From: a virus
IMG/VR virus record: IMGVR_UViG_3300035670_000153
Location: 8,173-72,172 of that record
Reading direction: 5' to 3' (one strand)
DNA length: 64,000 nt
Of the stretch, positions 1 through 10,016 are shown one piece after another; position 1 is the first letter of the stretch, and every line of letters begins with the position of its first letter. The notes beneath the pieces are model-generated. The model ran no database searches, was not told the DNA's origin, and saw only the letters and a list, made by a program, of their open reading frames with translations. Both the position numbers and the translations under genes were made by a program.

Positions 1-1508
1 TTGTATATATTGCGTTCTTCCCCATTAATAACTACATGTGTTGATTTTAAAGCATACCCAAATGTATCACGGGTATTATATTGGTATGTAAAACTACCTA
101 TTCCAAACACCATATTTGTAGATGCAAATCCTTTTTCTTTTAATCTACTACATATTATTTCACATCTTTCTAAAGTTATAGCATCACCATATATAGCTCC
201 TATATGTGAATCTAATACCTTATACCCTTTTTCTGATATTGTTCCACCAAATATATCCCAAAGAATTTCTATTACACCTTTTTCTTCAAGGGTCAAAGTT
301 GTTTCTTCACATGATGCAATAGATACTCCATCAATATAATAATATTGTTTATCATGTCTATTATATTCAATATCTATTTTTAATCTATAATATTTATCAT
401 TAAACTTAAAAATACCAGTATTCTCAGTATATCCATGTTCCCCATGTGGAGTTTCATCACTAACTTCTTGTTCTAAAATCGATTTCATATATCTTTTAGC
501 ATCATCTAATGTCTTTACATATGTATCAGTTTCCATATCTACTATTTTAGCAGTTCCACAAATAATATCTTCTGGAATTCCACTATCAGGACGAATAACA
601 ACTTTCCCATCTCTTTGTAATATTTTATTTTTTAATTTGCTTATTACATCAGTCAATACTTTCCATAAATCCCATGTATCACTTACAATTGATACAATGC
701 CATTTGGGTGAACTTCTGTTATTAATCTTTTATATGACTCAAATTCATTTTCTCCATATGCACACATAACTGAATGTTCACTTGCTGGAACACTACAAGC
801 AACCAATTCATTCTCAATATTAGCATTATAATATTCTTCTAAAAATGATATTGCAGGGATTGTATCAGACCCTACAAAAGACAATAAATGACCTGCTCCA
901 CTACTTGATGCTGATTCTAGTGAACCCATACCTCTCATGCTAAAATCATGACCTTGGAATGGTACAAATCCTGTATCTCCAATAGTTTCTATTGCATATT
1001 TATCCAAAATCTTCTTATATTGTAACGCAAGTGTAGCTGATGTACTAGGAATCCATAACTGACAAGACATAATTGTTTCAAGATAATTAGTTACCCAAAA
1101 AAATTCAGGTATTGTATTTTCAATAGTCAACATGGGTACTCTTAACGGAACTAATGTACCTTCTTCTATTGCTTTAATTTTTATAGGTAAATATCCTAAT
1201 TTATGTAATGATATAATATGAGATGCATCTGGCTCATTAACCCCTAATGCGTATTTAATTACTCTATTATATTCTTTAACTACTTCATTTATATCTCTAT
1301 TAAAAAAATGTTCATTAAAATACTCAATAAGATATTGTTTGATAAATGCTTGAAATCCAAATGCTACTACTTTATCTACTCCTTTAACTCTACTACCTCT
1401 AGGAGTCCAATTTGAATATACATATTCTGTACCTTCAGGATATTGTTTCAAATGAGAAACCTTATAAAAATCGCATAGTAATGTTGCTGGATAAATTGTT
1501 TTTGACAT
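1..1508 (-). CDS. nadV: Nicotinamide phosphoribosyltransferase-like protein (Nampt/Namat), partial; runs off the window's left edge
   Basis: Not in the ORF track. Manual translation from ATG at 1508: MSKTIYPATLLCDFYKVSHLKQYPEGTEYVYSNWTPR..., with later HDFSMRG, SVPASEHSVMC, SIVSDTWD and VIRPDSG, all hallmark Nampt motifs. GGAGG RBS upstream. Confidence 0.92.
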   Translation of the reverse strand, partial: MSKTIYPATLLCDFYKVSHLKQYPEGTEYVYSNWTPRGSRVKGVDKVVAFGFQAFIKQYLIEYFNEHFFNRDINEVVKEYNRVIKYALGVNEPDASHIISLHKLGYLPIKIKAIEEGTLVPLRVPMLTIENTIPEFFWVTNYLETIMSCQLWIPSTSATLALQYKKILDKYAIETIGDTGFVPFQGHDFSMRGMGSLESASSSGAGHLLSFVGSDTIPAISFLEEYYNANIENELVACSVPASEHSVMCAYGENEFESYKRLITEVHPNGIVSIVSDTWDLWKVLTDVISKLKNKILQRDGKVVIRPDSGIPEDIICGTAKIVDMETDTYVKTLDDAKRYMKSILEQEVSDETPHGEHGYTENTGIFKFNDKYYRLKIDIEYNRHDKQYYYIDGVSIASCEETTLTLEEKGVIEILWDIFGGTISEKGYKVLDSHIGAIYGDAITLERCEIICSRLKEKGFASTNMVFGIGSFTYQYNTRDTFGYALKSTHVVINGEERNIY

Positions 1509-1525
1509 AATATTCCTCCTATAAT

Positions 1526-1927
1526 TTATAATTTATCTTCCATTATTTTAACTGCGTCCAATAGAACACTATAAGCTGATTTTAAACCTGCTCTATCATC
1601 TAATAGTATATTGTAATAAACTTTTTTACCTGTAAATTTTACAAAATCCATATTTTCGTTAATTCTATCAAATGGTATTTTATTGTCATATAAATAATCT
1701 TTAATTTTCATGTATTCATCTTCTCCACAACATGTAAAAACTATAAAATGAGCACCAATATTATCGCATCTTTTTAATAATGCTATGATGTCTTCATATT
1801 TACGACCTTGTTTATGAAAATCATATACTGTATCATCAAAATCATAAGCTATTATAATTTTACCATATTTTTCCCATTCTTTTACAAGTCTATTTACTTG
1901 ATTTAATTCGTTTAAATAATAATCCAT
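1526..1927 (-). CDS. HAD-superfamily hydrolase (minimal, capless type)
   Basis: Motif I DFDDT, motif II FT, motif IV LLDDR. Confidence 0.7.
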   Translation of the reverse strand: MDYYLNELNQVNRLVKEWEKYGKIIIAYDFDDTVYDFHKQGRKYEDIIALLKRCDNIGAHFIVFTCCGEDEYMKIKDYLYDNKIPFDRINENMDFVKFTGKKVYYNILLDDRAGLKSAYSVLLDAVKIMEDKL

Positions 1928-1936
1928 TAAATACCT

Positions 1937-2749
1937 CTAATCTAATTTTATTAATTTTTTATGTTCCCAATTATTCAATATGCTATCTGTAGTAAATATT
2001 TGAGATATTAAATCAGTTTTTAATAACTCCCCTTGATATATTGAATTTTCACAATGTGAAACGTACAAATATACATCATTAACACCTTGTTCTTTTAATT
2101 TCTCTGCTGACTTATAAAATGTAAATCCTTTTGAGCATAAATCATCAATAATCAATACATTTTTACCTTTAATATCTTCTGGTACATCTACTAATTCATA
2201 TTCAATAATATCTCCTGTTTGTAAATCACGTTTTTTATTACCATAGAAATATTTGGTGTTATTTGGTAATTTTAAAATTTCACTATACCTTTTACAAGCA
2301 CCATTATCTGGGTAAAAAACATAATCAATATCTTTGATACCAAAAATTGTCTTAATATATCTATTAAAATCTATTTCTACACATCTATCTAATAATGCAA
2401 TAGATACATTTGAGTGAGGGTCTAATACAGTAACTTTATTAAATTCTAATTTATTAATTAATTTACAAAAATATTTTAAAGTAAACATATAACCTTCTAT
2501 TTTTCTATCCATTCTTGAATACGGTATGTATCTCATAATTAAATCAATTTTAGGATTGCTGAATGTGTCTTTTAAAAATTCTGTAGCCATAATTAATCTT
2601 GTAATATCCCCATCATAACTATATACAAAATTAATCATAAAATAATTATCTCTTACATTAAGTGCTTTTCGTAATTCATCTGTTTTAAATATTCTTTCGT
2701 TATTAGGAAAACAATCTAATCCTATCTCAACTCCATTTATTGAAACCAT
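1937..2749 (-). CDS. prs: Ribose-phosphate pyrophosphokinase-like protein (Prs/Adps-like)
   Basis: FPNNE, YIPYSRMDR, LDPHS, PDNGA, KKRD and the PRPP-binding loop VLIIDDLCSKGFT. Confidence 0.88.
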   Translation of the reverse strand: MVSINGVEIGLDCFPNNERIFKTDELRKALNVRDNYFMINFVYSYDGDITRLIMATEFLKDTFSNPKIDLIMRYIPYSRMDRKIEGYMFTLKYFCKLINKLEFNKVTVLDPHSNVSIALLDRCVEIDFNRYIKTIFGIKDIDYVFYPDNGACKRYSEILKLPNNTKYFYGNKKRDLQTGDIIEYELVDVPEDIKGKNVLIIDDLCSKGFTFYKSAEKLKEQGVNDVYLYVSHCENSIYQGELLKTDLISQIFTTDSILNNWEHKKLIKLD

Positions 2750-2914
2750 ATTATCACTCCTATTAATATATTTTGTATTACAATTAATTTTAACACCTCC
2801 TACTTATAATGTCAAGTATTATTTTTTATTTACTATATTTTAAAAAATAATAAATTACCATACGTCATTGAAAGACGTTTAATTAAGTAGAAGGTGTTTT
2901 ATATTATTGTTATT

Positions 2915-3472
2915 TTAATAATCAGATGGCAAGCTCCAAGACTCAACTAATCTTCTTGGTAGTTTTGATTGATGAACAGCAATTGTAGGTTCATAATACA
3001 TAATTTCAGGTTTACCTGTTTCTTCATTAATTAACATTAGCCAAGTTGCACTAACACCATTTGATGTAAATAATCCATTTGGGTCAGCTTGTGGTAAAAC
3101 ATATGGATTTAATGCATCATATTCTCCACCATCAACAAAATCTACTTTTTCAGGATTTGTATACTGTGTTGAATAGGGGAGTCCAAATCCCATACATCTA
3201 CCTATATATACAAATTTTCCATTTAAATTTTGACTATAAGCATAAGTTATTAATTTACTATTATCTCTTAATTCAAATATTTCTTTAGCCATTTTTTTCT
3301 CATAGAATTCTTTTATATCTGGCATTCCAATTTGATTGTTCATTTCGTTCATTATTTTCTTTGTAGTTTGTGCTTGTTGTACTTCTGAATCAACTGCAAC
3401 TGTTGTTGTGCCATCACATCCAACTATAAATAATATTCCAATCACCATTACCAATAAAATTAATTTCTTCAT
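2915..3472 (-). CDS. Putative lipoprotein
   Basis: Signal peptide ending in lipobox IVGC. Confidence 0.7.
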   Translation of the reverse strand: MKKLILLVMVIGILFIVGCDGTTTVAVDSEVQQAQTTKKIMNEMNNQIGMPDIKEFYEKKMAKEIFELRDNSKLITYAYSQNLNGKFVYIGRCMGFGLPYSTQYTNPEKVDFVDGGEYDALNPYVLPQADPNGLFTSNGVSATWLMLINEETGKPEIMYYEPTIAVHQSKLPRRLVESWSLPSDY

Positions 3473-3484
3473 TATTATTCCTCC

Positions 3485-3820
3485 TTAGAATCCTCTTATT
3501 TGTATTAAAAATTGTTTTAAACCAGAACTTTCAATATTACTACTATCAAAATTAGCAAATTTATCTCTTATTAAATTAGCAATTGCCATTTTTGCAACTT
3601 CATCGGTTTCCATTTCATATTCATACTTATATTTACTTAAATCTGAAATCATACCCTCTATATAACTTTTATTCTCTTTGAATATCTCTCTTTGGATATT
3701 TGCTTTACGAACTCCAAAGAATTCATAAAATTTTAAATCCAATAATCCACTTCCAAACGCAATACCAATTAATAAAGCTATAATTAATATTGTAATTCCA
3801 ATAATTTTCATAATATGCAT
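3485..3820 (-). CDS. Membrane-anchored hypothetical protein
   Basis: N-terminal hydrophobic helix; RBS. Confidence 0.65.
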   Translation of the reverse strand: MHIMKIIGITILIIALLIGIAFGSGLLDLKFYEFFGVRKANIQREIFKENKSYIEGMISDLSKYKYEYEMETDEVAKMAIANLIRDKFANFDSSNIESSGLKQFLIQIRGF

Positions 3821-3873
3821 TGTGTTTTCTCCTTTTTATTTTTGGTTTATTATATATTTTAAAAATCTAAATT

Positions 3874-4575
3874 TTATCTTCTAAATAATCTATTCAATAA
3901 TCCATTATTATTTATTTTTTCTTCTTTAAAATTTTCTAAAAAAGAAGGAAATTCATTTAGCAAATCATTATATAATTCTTCATCTGACATATTTGATAAA
4001 TCATTTACATTGAAAAAATCAGCATTATCATTTATTCTCCCACTCATGTTATCTAATTTCTTTAAGAAATCAAATTCTTCACTTCCAATACCTATAAATT
4101 GCCAAAATATTTTTTGATTTGATGATTGTTTAAGTATGATTTCTGTTTCATGTTTATCTGTATTATCTCCGTCTGTAATAAAAATATTAAAAACAGGTAT
4201 TGTAGTATTTTTATGTTGATTAAGAATTGCTTCAATTACAGGACTATAACTTGTCCCTCCCTTAACATATCCTGTATCTACAATTTTACTTTTAACATAT
4301 CCTTCATAGTTATCAAGTTTTACTGGTTCTAATCTTGAATAATTATAATTGAAAATATACATATCTAATTCTTTATCATCATCAAACACACTTGCTAACG
4401 GATAAATACGTTCTACAACATCTTGCATTTTACCACTTATATATCTGTTATGCATACTTCCAGAAACATCTAAAATTAAATTCACTTTTGCAATTATATT
4501 TGTTTCAGGTTTAAATTTTTTCTTTAGACATATTTTTACTTTTTCTTCTCTTTCTTTGATTAAATTTATGCTCAT
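3874..4575 (-). CDS. vWA domain protein (TerF-C/vWA-like)
   Basis: MIDAS DVSGS, GGTSY, FITDG, FWQFIGIG, GRINDNADFF. Confidence 0.8.
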   Translation of the reverse strand: MSINLIKEREEKVKICLKKKFKPETNIIAKVNLILDVSGSMHNRYISGKMQDVVERIYPLASVFDDDKELDMYIFNYNYSRLEPVKLDNYEGYVKSKIVDTGYVKGGTSYSPVIEAILNQHKNTTIPVFNIFITDGDNTDKHETEIILKQSSNQKIFWQFIGIGSEEFDFLKKLDNMSGRINDNADFFNVNDLSNMSDEELYNDLLNEFPSFLENFKEEKINNNGLLNRLFRR

Positions 4576-4593
4576 TTTATCTTCTCCTTTTTA

Positions 4594-4782
4594 TTATTTC
4601 CTGCCTATTATTAATGCTGAAAAAGTTGTTGATACAACATATCCTGATGATGATGATGTTGAATATTGAATTTCTACATCACATCCTTTCTTTTGAAGTT
4701 CTACAATGTCGGTGTTTAATTTGCTTTGAAATTCTTTAATATCTATACTTGAAATTACACTTGTAGCATTTATTTGTTTCAA
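4594..4782 (-). CDS. Hypothetical protein
   Basis: TTG start with GGAGTGG RBS; co-oriented with neighbours. Confidence 0.55.
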   Translation of the reverse strand: MKQINATSVISSIDIKEFQSKLNTDIVELQKKGCDVEIQYSTSSSSGYVVSTTFSALIIGRK

Positions 4783-4980
4783 AATTAACCACTCCTTTTA
4801 TTTATTATTTTCATTCAATCTATCAATTGCTTTTTCTAATTTATTCCATGCTTTTACTACCTCATCATTTTGTTTTTTATTAGCTAAATATTTTAATTGC
4901 ACAGCGTTTTGTATTAATCTAATAATTTGAGTTAATATTAATATAGTAATCATAATTGTAAAATATATATTCATTTACTA

Positions 4981-5442
4981 TTACTCACCTTCTAATTCTA
5001 GTTTATTTTTTAAAATAGTTATTTGATTTTTTATAAAATCTATAAATTGTTCTCTAATTTCTGAGTTTAAAAAATCATAAACATTATCAGGTGTTTCAAT
5101 CTTCATCCATTTCACTCTTTCTCCATTATTATGATTATTTAAAAATTCCTCCATTTCTTTTAATGATTTTAATGAATAAAAATTTTCCTCAATTAATGTA
5201 CGCTTATCAATCATATTTACCCTCTCTTCATTTAATATTTTCATTTGTTCATTTAATCTTTTGAATAATTCTAACCATTTGTCATCTTCTGCATAAAATA
5301 AGTTTTCTTTTTTCTCTCGTGCATATTTATCAAATTCTCTACCAATTATGTAATATAGTTGACCAAATCTTAAATCTTGATTAGATTTCCAAAATGTATT
5401 TAGTTCTTTAATTATTGGGTCTATTCGATTTATATCTCGCAT
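4981..5442 (-). CDS. Hypothetical protein (N-terminal MRDxxRI..DLRFGQL, DUF1040-like)
   Basis: Recognisable phage MRDINRI/LRFGQL motif; an internal RBS+ATG near 5214 suggests a fusion of two small genes or an internal start. Confidence 0.6.
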   Translation of the reverse strand: MRDINRIDPIIKELNTFWKSNQDLRFGQLYYIIGREFDKYAREKKENLFYAEDDKWLELFKRLNEQMKILNEERVNMIDKRTLIEENFYSLKSLKEMEEFLNNHNNGERVKWMKIETPDNVYDFLNSEIREQFIDFIKNQITILKNKLELEGE

Positions 5443-5614
5443 AATTAACCTCCAATTAATTTTTATTTATTGATTTATTTAATCTATTTATGATTATGCC
5501 TCCAATAACTAAATTAACACCCATATTTAACAAATCATAATCATTATTACTTAATCCAATAAAATTAAGTATGATACCTATCATAGTTAATATAGCTCCC
5601 ATATAACACACCCC

Positions 5615-5875
5615 TTATATAAATTTTTTCAATATAGAATCAATTAATGCTATTATAAACACTATTATGAATACGCTTATAATTATTCCTGTAGATATCC
5701 ATATTGGGCTTAATACCCACCACCATGACCAATCAATATTATTAGTTAATTTTAATACTATAAATATTATTGTTAATAATCCTGATAGACTACTTTTATT
5801 ATTATTGGTGTTAGTGTTAGTATTATTAGTATTATTTGGGGATTCTGTATTTGTATTATTTGTAATATTTTCCAT
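5615..5875 (-). CDS. Small membrane protein (LKLT..IDWSWWWVLSPIW type)
   Basis: Common phage two-TM motif; GGAGG RBS. Confidence 0.75.
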   Translation of the reverse strand: MENITNNTNTESPNNTNNTNTNTNNNKSSLSGLLTIIFIVLKLTNNIDWSWWWVLSPIWISTGIIISVFIIVFIIALIDSILKKFI

Positions 5876-6106
5876 GTGTCCTCCTTTACCTATATTATTT
5901 TTATTATTGATAATTTTCTTCTAAATATTTTTCATATTCTTTAATTAATAAATTATATATTTCAATATTATTTTTTACTATTTTAGTATATTTAGATTGT
6001 TCATATCCATTTTTTATTCTATTGTCACTGATTTTATCTATTTTTATAAATTCACACAAATCAAATTTTAATATTGATATTGTTGTTATTATAATTGATT
6101 TAGGTA

Positions 6107-6511
6107 TCATTTTACACCATTACTTTCTAATTTAATACATTCAATATTTTTGATATCATAATAATTTGGTTCTAGATTGTGTTTTTTTATCCATCCATGA
6201 AATACTAAATTTAAAGCATTAGATAATTCTTTAACTTGTTCATCAGGTAAATCTAAAAGATAATCTTCTAATTCACATTCTCCTATTTCATCATTTACTT
6301 GATTATTAACATCTTCTAATATACTATCAACATCTATTGCATTTTCACTTAGTTCTCTATGTATTACAAATCCTATAAAGATATGTTTTATATCAGCATC
6401 ATTATCTATGTAATATTCTTTACCTGCTCTTATAGCATCTATTTTTGTAGGATATACATCGCATACATTTTCCCAATAATCCTTATTATTACTAAACGTC
6501 CATCCATTCAT
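6107..6511 (-). CDS. Hypothetical phage protein
   Basis: ORF with RBS; acidic composition. Confidence 0.65.
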   Translation of the reverse strand: MNGWTFSNNKDYWENVCDVYPTKIDAIRAGKEYYIDNDADIKHIFIGFVIHRELSENAIDVDSILEDVNNQVNDEIGECELEDYLLDLPDEQVKELSNALNLVFHGWIKKHNLEPNYYDIKNIECIKLESNGVK

Positions 6512-6740
6512 ATTTATTCTCCATTCAGCATATTATTTAACAGTATTATATACTACTATTGTCATTGCCATCATACAAATAATCATATATATAATTGCAC
6601 TTTTATTTTTACCTTTTTCGGTTAACACAGTTCCTATTCCTATGCATATAAAACAACTAATTAATAAAATCAAATCTAACATTATATTTTCTCCAATCAT
6701 TTTTTATATTTTCTCCAATCACTTGTTTGTTTTCTATAAT

Positions 6741-6794
6741 TAAAGTATAAACTAAATCCAATCATTTGTCAATACATTAACTTAAATAATTTTT
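6741..6794 (-). promoter_or_regulatory. sigmaA-type promoter, near-duplicate of 20198-20252
   Basis: Minus-strand TTGACA...TATACT; flanks nearly identical to the copy at ~20.2 kb. Confidence 0.7.
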
Positions 6795-6815
6795 ATTTAG
6801 TTTATACTTTTTGTT

Positions 6816-7028
6816 TTAATGTTTAATCTTTCTTTTTATCCATTTAATACTAATATCTCCAACACTATATGCGAATATTAATAATAGAACTAATGCAACA
6901 CTTATTATTAATGTTGGTATAAACGATATATTTAAAGCCAAGTAACCAATGCCCAAAGTTAAACTAACTAATATTGAAACTAAAATGATTCCCCATAAAA
7001 TAGTTCCTATGCTACATAATAATTTCAT
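6816..7028 (-). CDS. Small membrane protein
   Basis: Two hydrophobic helices; ATGA overlap with upstream gene. Confidence 0.6.
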   Translation of the reverse strand: MKLLCSIGTILWGIILVSILVSLTLGIGYLALNISFIPTLIISVALVLLLIFAYSVGDISIKWIKRKIKH

Positions 7029-7408
7029 AAATCCTCTTTTTCATAATAACCTTTTATTACCCATTTACCTCGTAATTCATCTAATGTCATATTCTTAAAA
7101 TTTCTATTATAAGTTTTATTTGTAACTAAAGAAATACAATCATCTTCATCTAATATGGTGTTAGAATATACATAAATAATTTCAGAAATATCAAATTCTT
7201 TTAATTTTTGTTTTGGTTTTATGATTTCCCATGTTTCATTTTTTAATTCTAAGAATATTAATACTTCATTATCTTCACACCAACGTATAGTATAAGATTC
7301 ACCTGTTTTAGCAACATATACTTCTGCCCCTTTATTATTTTTAGCTTTCAATTTTTTATTATTAAGCAGTTCCTTTGCCATTTCTAATCTATTCATGTTA
7401 TTATTCAC
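7025..7408 (-). CDS. Hypothetical protein
   Basis: Translationally coupled ORF. Confidence 0.6.
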   Translation of the reverse strand: MNNNMNRLEMAKELLNNKKLKAKNNKGAEVYVAKTGESYTIRWCEDNEVLIFLELKNETWEIIKPKQKLKEFDISEIIYVYSNTILDEDDCISLVTNKTYNRNFKNMTLDELRGKWVIKGYYEKEDL

Positions 7409-7695
7409 TCCTTATCATATGTTAATATTATAAATAATTCTACCATATATTCCTCGTAATTAATTTTGCCTGTTAAATATTTACGTTGAACTTTGTCTGA
7501 TTCTTCATTTGGTATGAACCCATTGCTTAAAAGGTCATAATTAAAATATTCTATAATTGTTTCTATTTCTTGATATGTAAATTTATTTAATTTTCTAATG
7601 TTATCAAATTCTACAAATCTAATATTGCTATGTATTTGTTGAATTATTTTAAATATTATAATCAGAACACATAAAACTAACATAAAAACTAACAA
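7405..7695 (-). CDS. Hypothetical membrane-anchored protein
   Basis: N-terminal TM; coupled ORF. Confidence 0.5.
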   Translation of the reverse strand: MLVFMLVLCVLIIIFKIIQQIHSNIRFVEFDNIRKLNKFTYQEIETIIEYFNYDLLSNGFIPNEESDKVQRKYLTGKINYEEYMVELFIILTYDKE

Positions 7696-7703
7696 TATAT
7701 TAC

Positions 7704-7925
7704 CTACTTTCTATAAATAAAATTTTCTACTATTTTGAATTCATTACAATATGTACCTGCTTTATTTCCTTTACATTTACCAATATCTTTTTGACAATAT
7801 TCGCATTCTTCAAAATTCTGAGTGATATTATATTCTCGATTTGTATTAGGATAAATAATAATTTCTCCATTTATTCTTTCAAAGTAATTCCTTATGGCAG
7901 TGTTTTTCTTTTCATTCATAACCAT
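7704..7925 (-). CDS. Small Cys-rich hypothetical protein
   Basis: GGAG RBS; CxxC. Confidence 0.55.
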   Translation of the reverse strand: MVMNEKKNTAIRNYFERINGEIIIYPNTNREYNITQNFEECEYCQKDIGKCKGNKAGTYCNEFKIVENFIYRK

Positions 7926-8075
7926 TTTTAATACACTCCTTTTTAGTTTTTAGTTTTTATTTTGGATTTATTTATTTACCTTACAATATAATAATATACT
8001 AAATAAATTACAATGTCAATAGTTATTTTAAAATAATTATTATTTGTTATCTATTTAGTATATTATTTTAATTTA

Positions 8076-8741
8076 TTATAATTCTATAATCCTATCATAT
8101 AATACGGTATGTTTATCATCTATTCTTTTATCCATATGAAAATGACCAAAATACCAGTGTTTATAATTTAATCTACTTTCTAAATCATCAAAGAAAGTAT
8201 TGAGCTTTTCATCTTGTGGAATGAATCCGAATAAATGAATTAAATTTGTTGTAGTTGTATGAGTTAATACATAATCAACTTTCCAATTATTATTATTTAA
8301 ATTGAGTATAGCTTCATCATATTCTTTTTGATTAGGTAATTCATCTTCCCACCAACTAACATTTTTTACTCTATACTTTCTATCTATTGAATAAGCTCCA
8401 CCCATTGTAAAAAATTTCTTATTTTCTATGGTAAATATTTGACCTCTCATAAGATGATATATTGATTTTGATATTTTATGTATTTTACCACCATTCCAAA
8501 GATGTATTGGATATTTGTTTATTTCAGGCATTCGTTCATGATTCCCATCTACAAATAATGTTGTATAGGGTTGTTTATTTAAAAAAGATTGTATAAATTT
8601 ATCATTTTTACCTTTATCCCATACCCCTCCAAAATCACCACATATAATTAGATAATCTTTTTTTGTTAATCCTTCTGTATTCAATTTATTTAACTTATCA
8701 TAATCAATTACTCCATGTAAATCACCTGTAACAAATATCAT
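8076..8741 (-). CDS. Calcineurin-like metallophosphoesterase
   Basis: GDLHG, GDFG, DGNHE, THT, GHFH motifs. Confidence 0.9.
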   Translation of the reverse strand: MIFVTGDLHGVIDYDKLNKLNTEGLTKKDYLIICGDFGGVWDKGKNDKFIQSFLNKQPYTTLFVDGNHERMPEINKYPIHLWNGGKIHKISKSIYHLMRGQIFTIENKKFFTMGGAYSIDRKYRVKNVSWWEDELPNQKEYDEAILNLNNNNWKVDYVLTHTTTTNLIHLFGFIPQDEKLNTFFDDLESRLNYKHWYFGHFHMDKRIDDKHTVLYDRIIEL

Positions 8742-8751
8742 ATTTATCTCC

Positions 8752-9387
8752 TTATTTTTTTAAAATAAAATTTAATTCTTCATCTGTCCATGCAGATTTT
8801 TGTGTTGTACCACTATATGATTTAGCAAATTTATTATATATTAACATTTTAGATACAGATATTAATTCATTATCACTAGGTCTAATAAAACATACATCTG
8901 CTAAATATCTACCAAATTTATCAGTAGATTTTATAGTGGTTACATATAATTCTCTATTTTTTAATATATCAGATAATACATTTTTTATATATAACCCTGT
9001 TTCTTTTTCTAGTTTATTTGTGGTTCTTGTTTCAGGTGTATCAATCCCTACTAATCTTACTCTTTGTATTATACTAATATCAAATCCTAAATCAATTGAA
9101 ATATCTAGTGTATCTCCATCTATCATATTAATTAGTTTTGCCTTATAATTATACAAATTTTTATCTATTTTAAATTCAATATTTGGAATTTCTTTATTGT
9201 CTTCATTAAACATAATTTTATTTTCATCTATATTATTCCATTGTTTTATTAAAGATTCTTTTGATGACAAGCCTCCTATTATAAATCCACATGACTTACA
9301 TTGTAAAAAACTTTTTAAAATATCATCAGGATAATAATATGTGTAGATATTATCACTATTACATTTTTTACATGATTTAAGTTCCAT
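8752..9387 (-). CDS. Thermonuclease (SNase-like) with N-terminal Lar-like Zn ribbon
   Basis: IDGDT, RVRLVGIDTPE, DKFGRYLA; N-terminal CxxC...CxxC...WN. Confidence 0.85.
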   Translation of the reverse strand: MELKSCKKCNSDNIYTYYYPDDILKSFLQCKSCGFIIGGLSSKESLIKQWNNIDENKIMFNEDNKEIPNIEFKIDKNLYNYKAKLINMIDGDTLDISIDLGFDISIIQRVRLVGIDTPETRTTNKLEKETGLYIKNVLSDILKNRELYVTTIKSTDKFGRYLADVCFIRPSDNELISVSKMLIYNKFAKSYSGTTQKSAWTDEELNFILKK

Positions 9388-9414
9388 ATAAAATACTCCT
9401 CCTTAATTTATTAA

Positions 9415-9678
9415 TTATTCTATGTTAAAATGTTTTTCAATATGAGAAGTCAATCTTTTTTTCATTTTACTTTTTACTTCTTTTTTAATTTCATCAATTA
9501 TTTCTATATAAGATTCTTGTATTAAATCTTCTATATCTGATGGATTTACTAAATATCTATCATATCTTTCTAAGTCGTTTTTAAATTGTCCAATAATAAT
9601 ATTTTTCATTGCATTTTTTATATGATTTAAATCTTCACTTGTAAATATGGTTTTTATATCTCCAAAATTATTATTCAT
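9415..9678 (-). CDS. Hypothetical protein
   Basis: GGAGG RBS. Confidence 0.6.
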   Translation of the reverse strand: MNNNFGDIKTIFTSEDLNHIKNAMKNIIIGQFKNDLERYDRYLVNPSDIEDLIQESYIEIIDEIKKEVKSKMKKRLTSHIEKHFNIE

Positions 9679-9692
9679 TTAGCTCCTCCATT

Positions 9693-10016
9693 TTAATAAT
9701 ATGTGCTTATTACTAATGTTTTAAATTCTTCTGACATATAAGTATCTGTCTTAGCAATAAACACATTATTCCCATTTTCATCACTATATCTAACATCATT
9801 ATCAAATATCCTAAATAAATCATCTTTCCTTAAATCTTTAAAATTAATAATCTCCCATTTTTTACAATCCTTATTAAATAATTCATATCTTCTTCCTATA
9901 GATATTTTATTAATTTGTGGGAATTTATGTTTACATTTTTCACACCATATACTCCTAATATTGGGATTACATTCACACATAATCATATTCCTCCTTATTT
10001 TATAATAAACATTCAA
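9693..10016 (-). CDS. Hypothetical protein (true start probably ~9987)
   Basis: RBS AGGAGG lies inside the called ORF, ahead of MIMC. Confidence 0.55.
   Translation of the reverse strand: MNVYYKIRRNMIMCECNPNIRSIWCEKCKHKFPQINKISIGRRYELFNKDCKKWEIINFKDLRKDDLFRIFDNDVRYSDENGNNVFIAKTDTYMSEEFKTLVISTYY

Noticed and set aside
1-339. 112-aa plus-strand ORF
   Set aside because: Antisense shadow of the Nampt-like gene.
6682-6721. 18-bp direct repeat TTATATTTTCTCCAATCA
   Set aside because: Only two copies; looks like a local duplication of an RBS region with no further structure.
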